From assembly GCA_902596665.1 (NCBI GenBank), contig CACJUN010000003.1, forward strand, positions 71,756-135,755: a DNA stretch of 64,000 bases, given 5' to 3'. Below, in pieces: positions 63,366 through 64,000 of this stretch. Every line of letters starts with the position of its first letter. Position 1 is the stretch's first letter. The notes beneath the pieces are model-generated. The model saw only the letters and a list, made by a program, of their open reading frames with translations, was not told the DNA's origin and searched no databases. The position numbers and the translations under genes were made by a program. Source of the DNA: an uncultured SAR86 cluster bacterium (GTDB taxonomy: Bacteria; Pseudomonadota; Gammaproteobacteria; Magnimaribacterales; AG-339-G14).

Positions 63366-64000
63366 TAAGTAGTTTCATCTTGCATGAAAAAACTGTACAC
63401 GGAGAAAATTAAGTTATCCCACAATGCTGAAATAAAACTTTTTTTCTTTACGTCTGTTATGGCTACTAAATCATAAGACTGAATTCTTTCACCGTTAGAT
63501 AACAAAATTAACTCATCGAGTTTTTGGTCTCTGGTTATTGGCGCTCTTACACCCAAGCTGCTGGGCAAATCTAATTCAAGATTTTTAAATTTATTTCTTT
63601 GTAGAGTAATTTTTAAATCCGATCCTAAACCTAGCGAGACTTTTTCATCGATTCCAGCCCAAACATCGACGGTTGTTAATGGCTCGTATGCTTTCACGAT
63701 TGTTTTTGTTTGGTAAAACCTAAATGCATAGTCCAGCAATCGTCTTGTATCTCTGATTCTTGTCTTTTCAGATGCACTGTTCAAAACAATGCTTACAAAT
63801 CTTGTTTCTCCTCTGATGGCAGAGCCAGCTAGACAATAACCTGAGTCATTTGTATGCCCAGTTTTAATCCCATCAACGGAATCGTCTTGCCAGAGCAAGC
63901 TATTTCTATTCAATTGTCTTATATCATCAAAAGTAAATTCTTTTTCTTTATATAAAGAATAGTGCTCTGGAAAATCATTTATCATGCTGATACTTAATTT
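63365..64000 (-). CDS. dacA: D-alanyl-D-alanine carboxypeptidase (PBP5/6 family), C-terminal part; gene continues past window end
   Basis: It has the KTGHT motif (DGIKTGHTNDSGYC), a PBP5 C-terminal beta-sandwich region and an amphipathic tail. The frame stays open upstream of the tracked Met to position 64000. Confidence 0.9.
   Translation of the reverse strand, partial: KLSISMINDFPEHYSLYKEKEFTFDDIRQLNRNSLLWQDDSVDGIKTGHTNDSGYCLAGSAIRGETRFVSIVLNSASEKTRIRDTRRLLDYAFRFYQTKTIVKAYEPLTTVDVWAGIDEKVSLGLGSDLKITLQRNKFKNLELDLPSSLGVRAPITRDQKLDELILLSNGERIQSYDLVAITDVKKKSFISALWDNLIFSVYSFFMQDETT

Overview
This is an AT-rich, very gene-dense chromosomal segment, about 95% coding by eye. Many genes share 1-4 nt stop/start overlaps. 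The synteny is gammaproteobacterial: secE-nusG-rplKAJL-rpoBC, lpxC-secA-argJ, coaE-yacG, rluD/bamD, dsbD-aroQ-accBC and leuS-lptE-holA. A streamlined marine lineage such as SAR86 is only a guess. I found no rRNA genes, CRISPR arrays, IS elements, integrases, phage genes or recognisable defence genes. Six tRNAs are present: Trp, Thr-GGU, Tyr, Thr-UGU, Ala-UGC and Ile-GAU. Most of the window is housekeeping: transcription and translation, ilvIHC, ilvD, secA, lpxC, rho, trxA, accBC and leuS. The less ordinary parts are listed below.
- A three-gene membrane glycosylation module (GT-C, a PAP2::flippase-like fusion, GT2) is joined directly to ilvC.
- An 8.8-kb accessory block lies between stand-alone tRNA-Ile(GAU) and tRNA-Ala(UGC). 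It holds amt, two divergent di-iron lipid oxygenases with a thioredoxin-like protein and a crotonase, and DUF3604 plus a sulfatase.
- Two tandem paralogous CBM9-like/DUF5916 outer-membrane proteins follow a DUF4399 protein and a flavin reductase.
- A DsbD alpha-domain-only gene shares a CATG start with a divergent orphan ABC ATPase.
- An MFS / hydroxy-acid oxidase / S46 peptidase string converges on a D-aminoacylase-like gene.
- All eight convergent gene junctions have no room for an intrinsic terminator.
All functional calls rest on motifs read from the translations and on remembered synteny. No searches were run.
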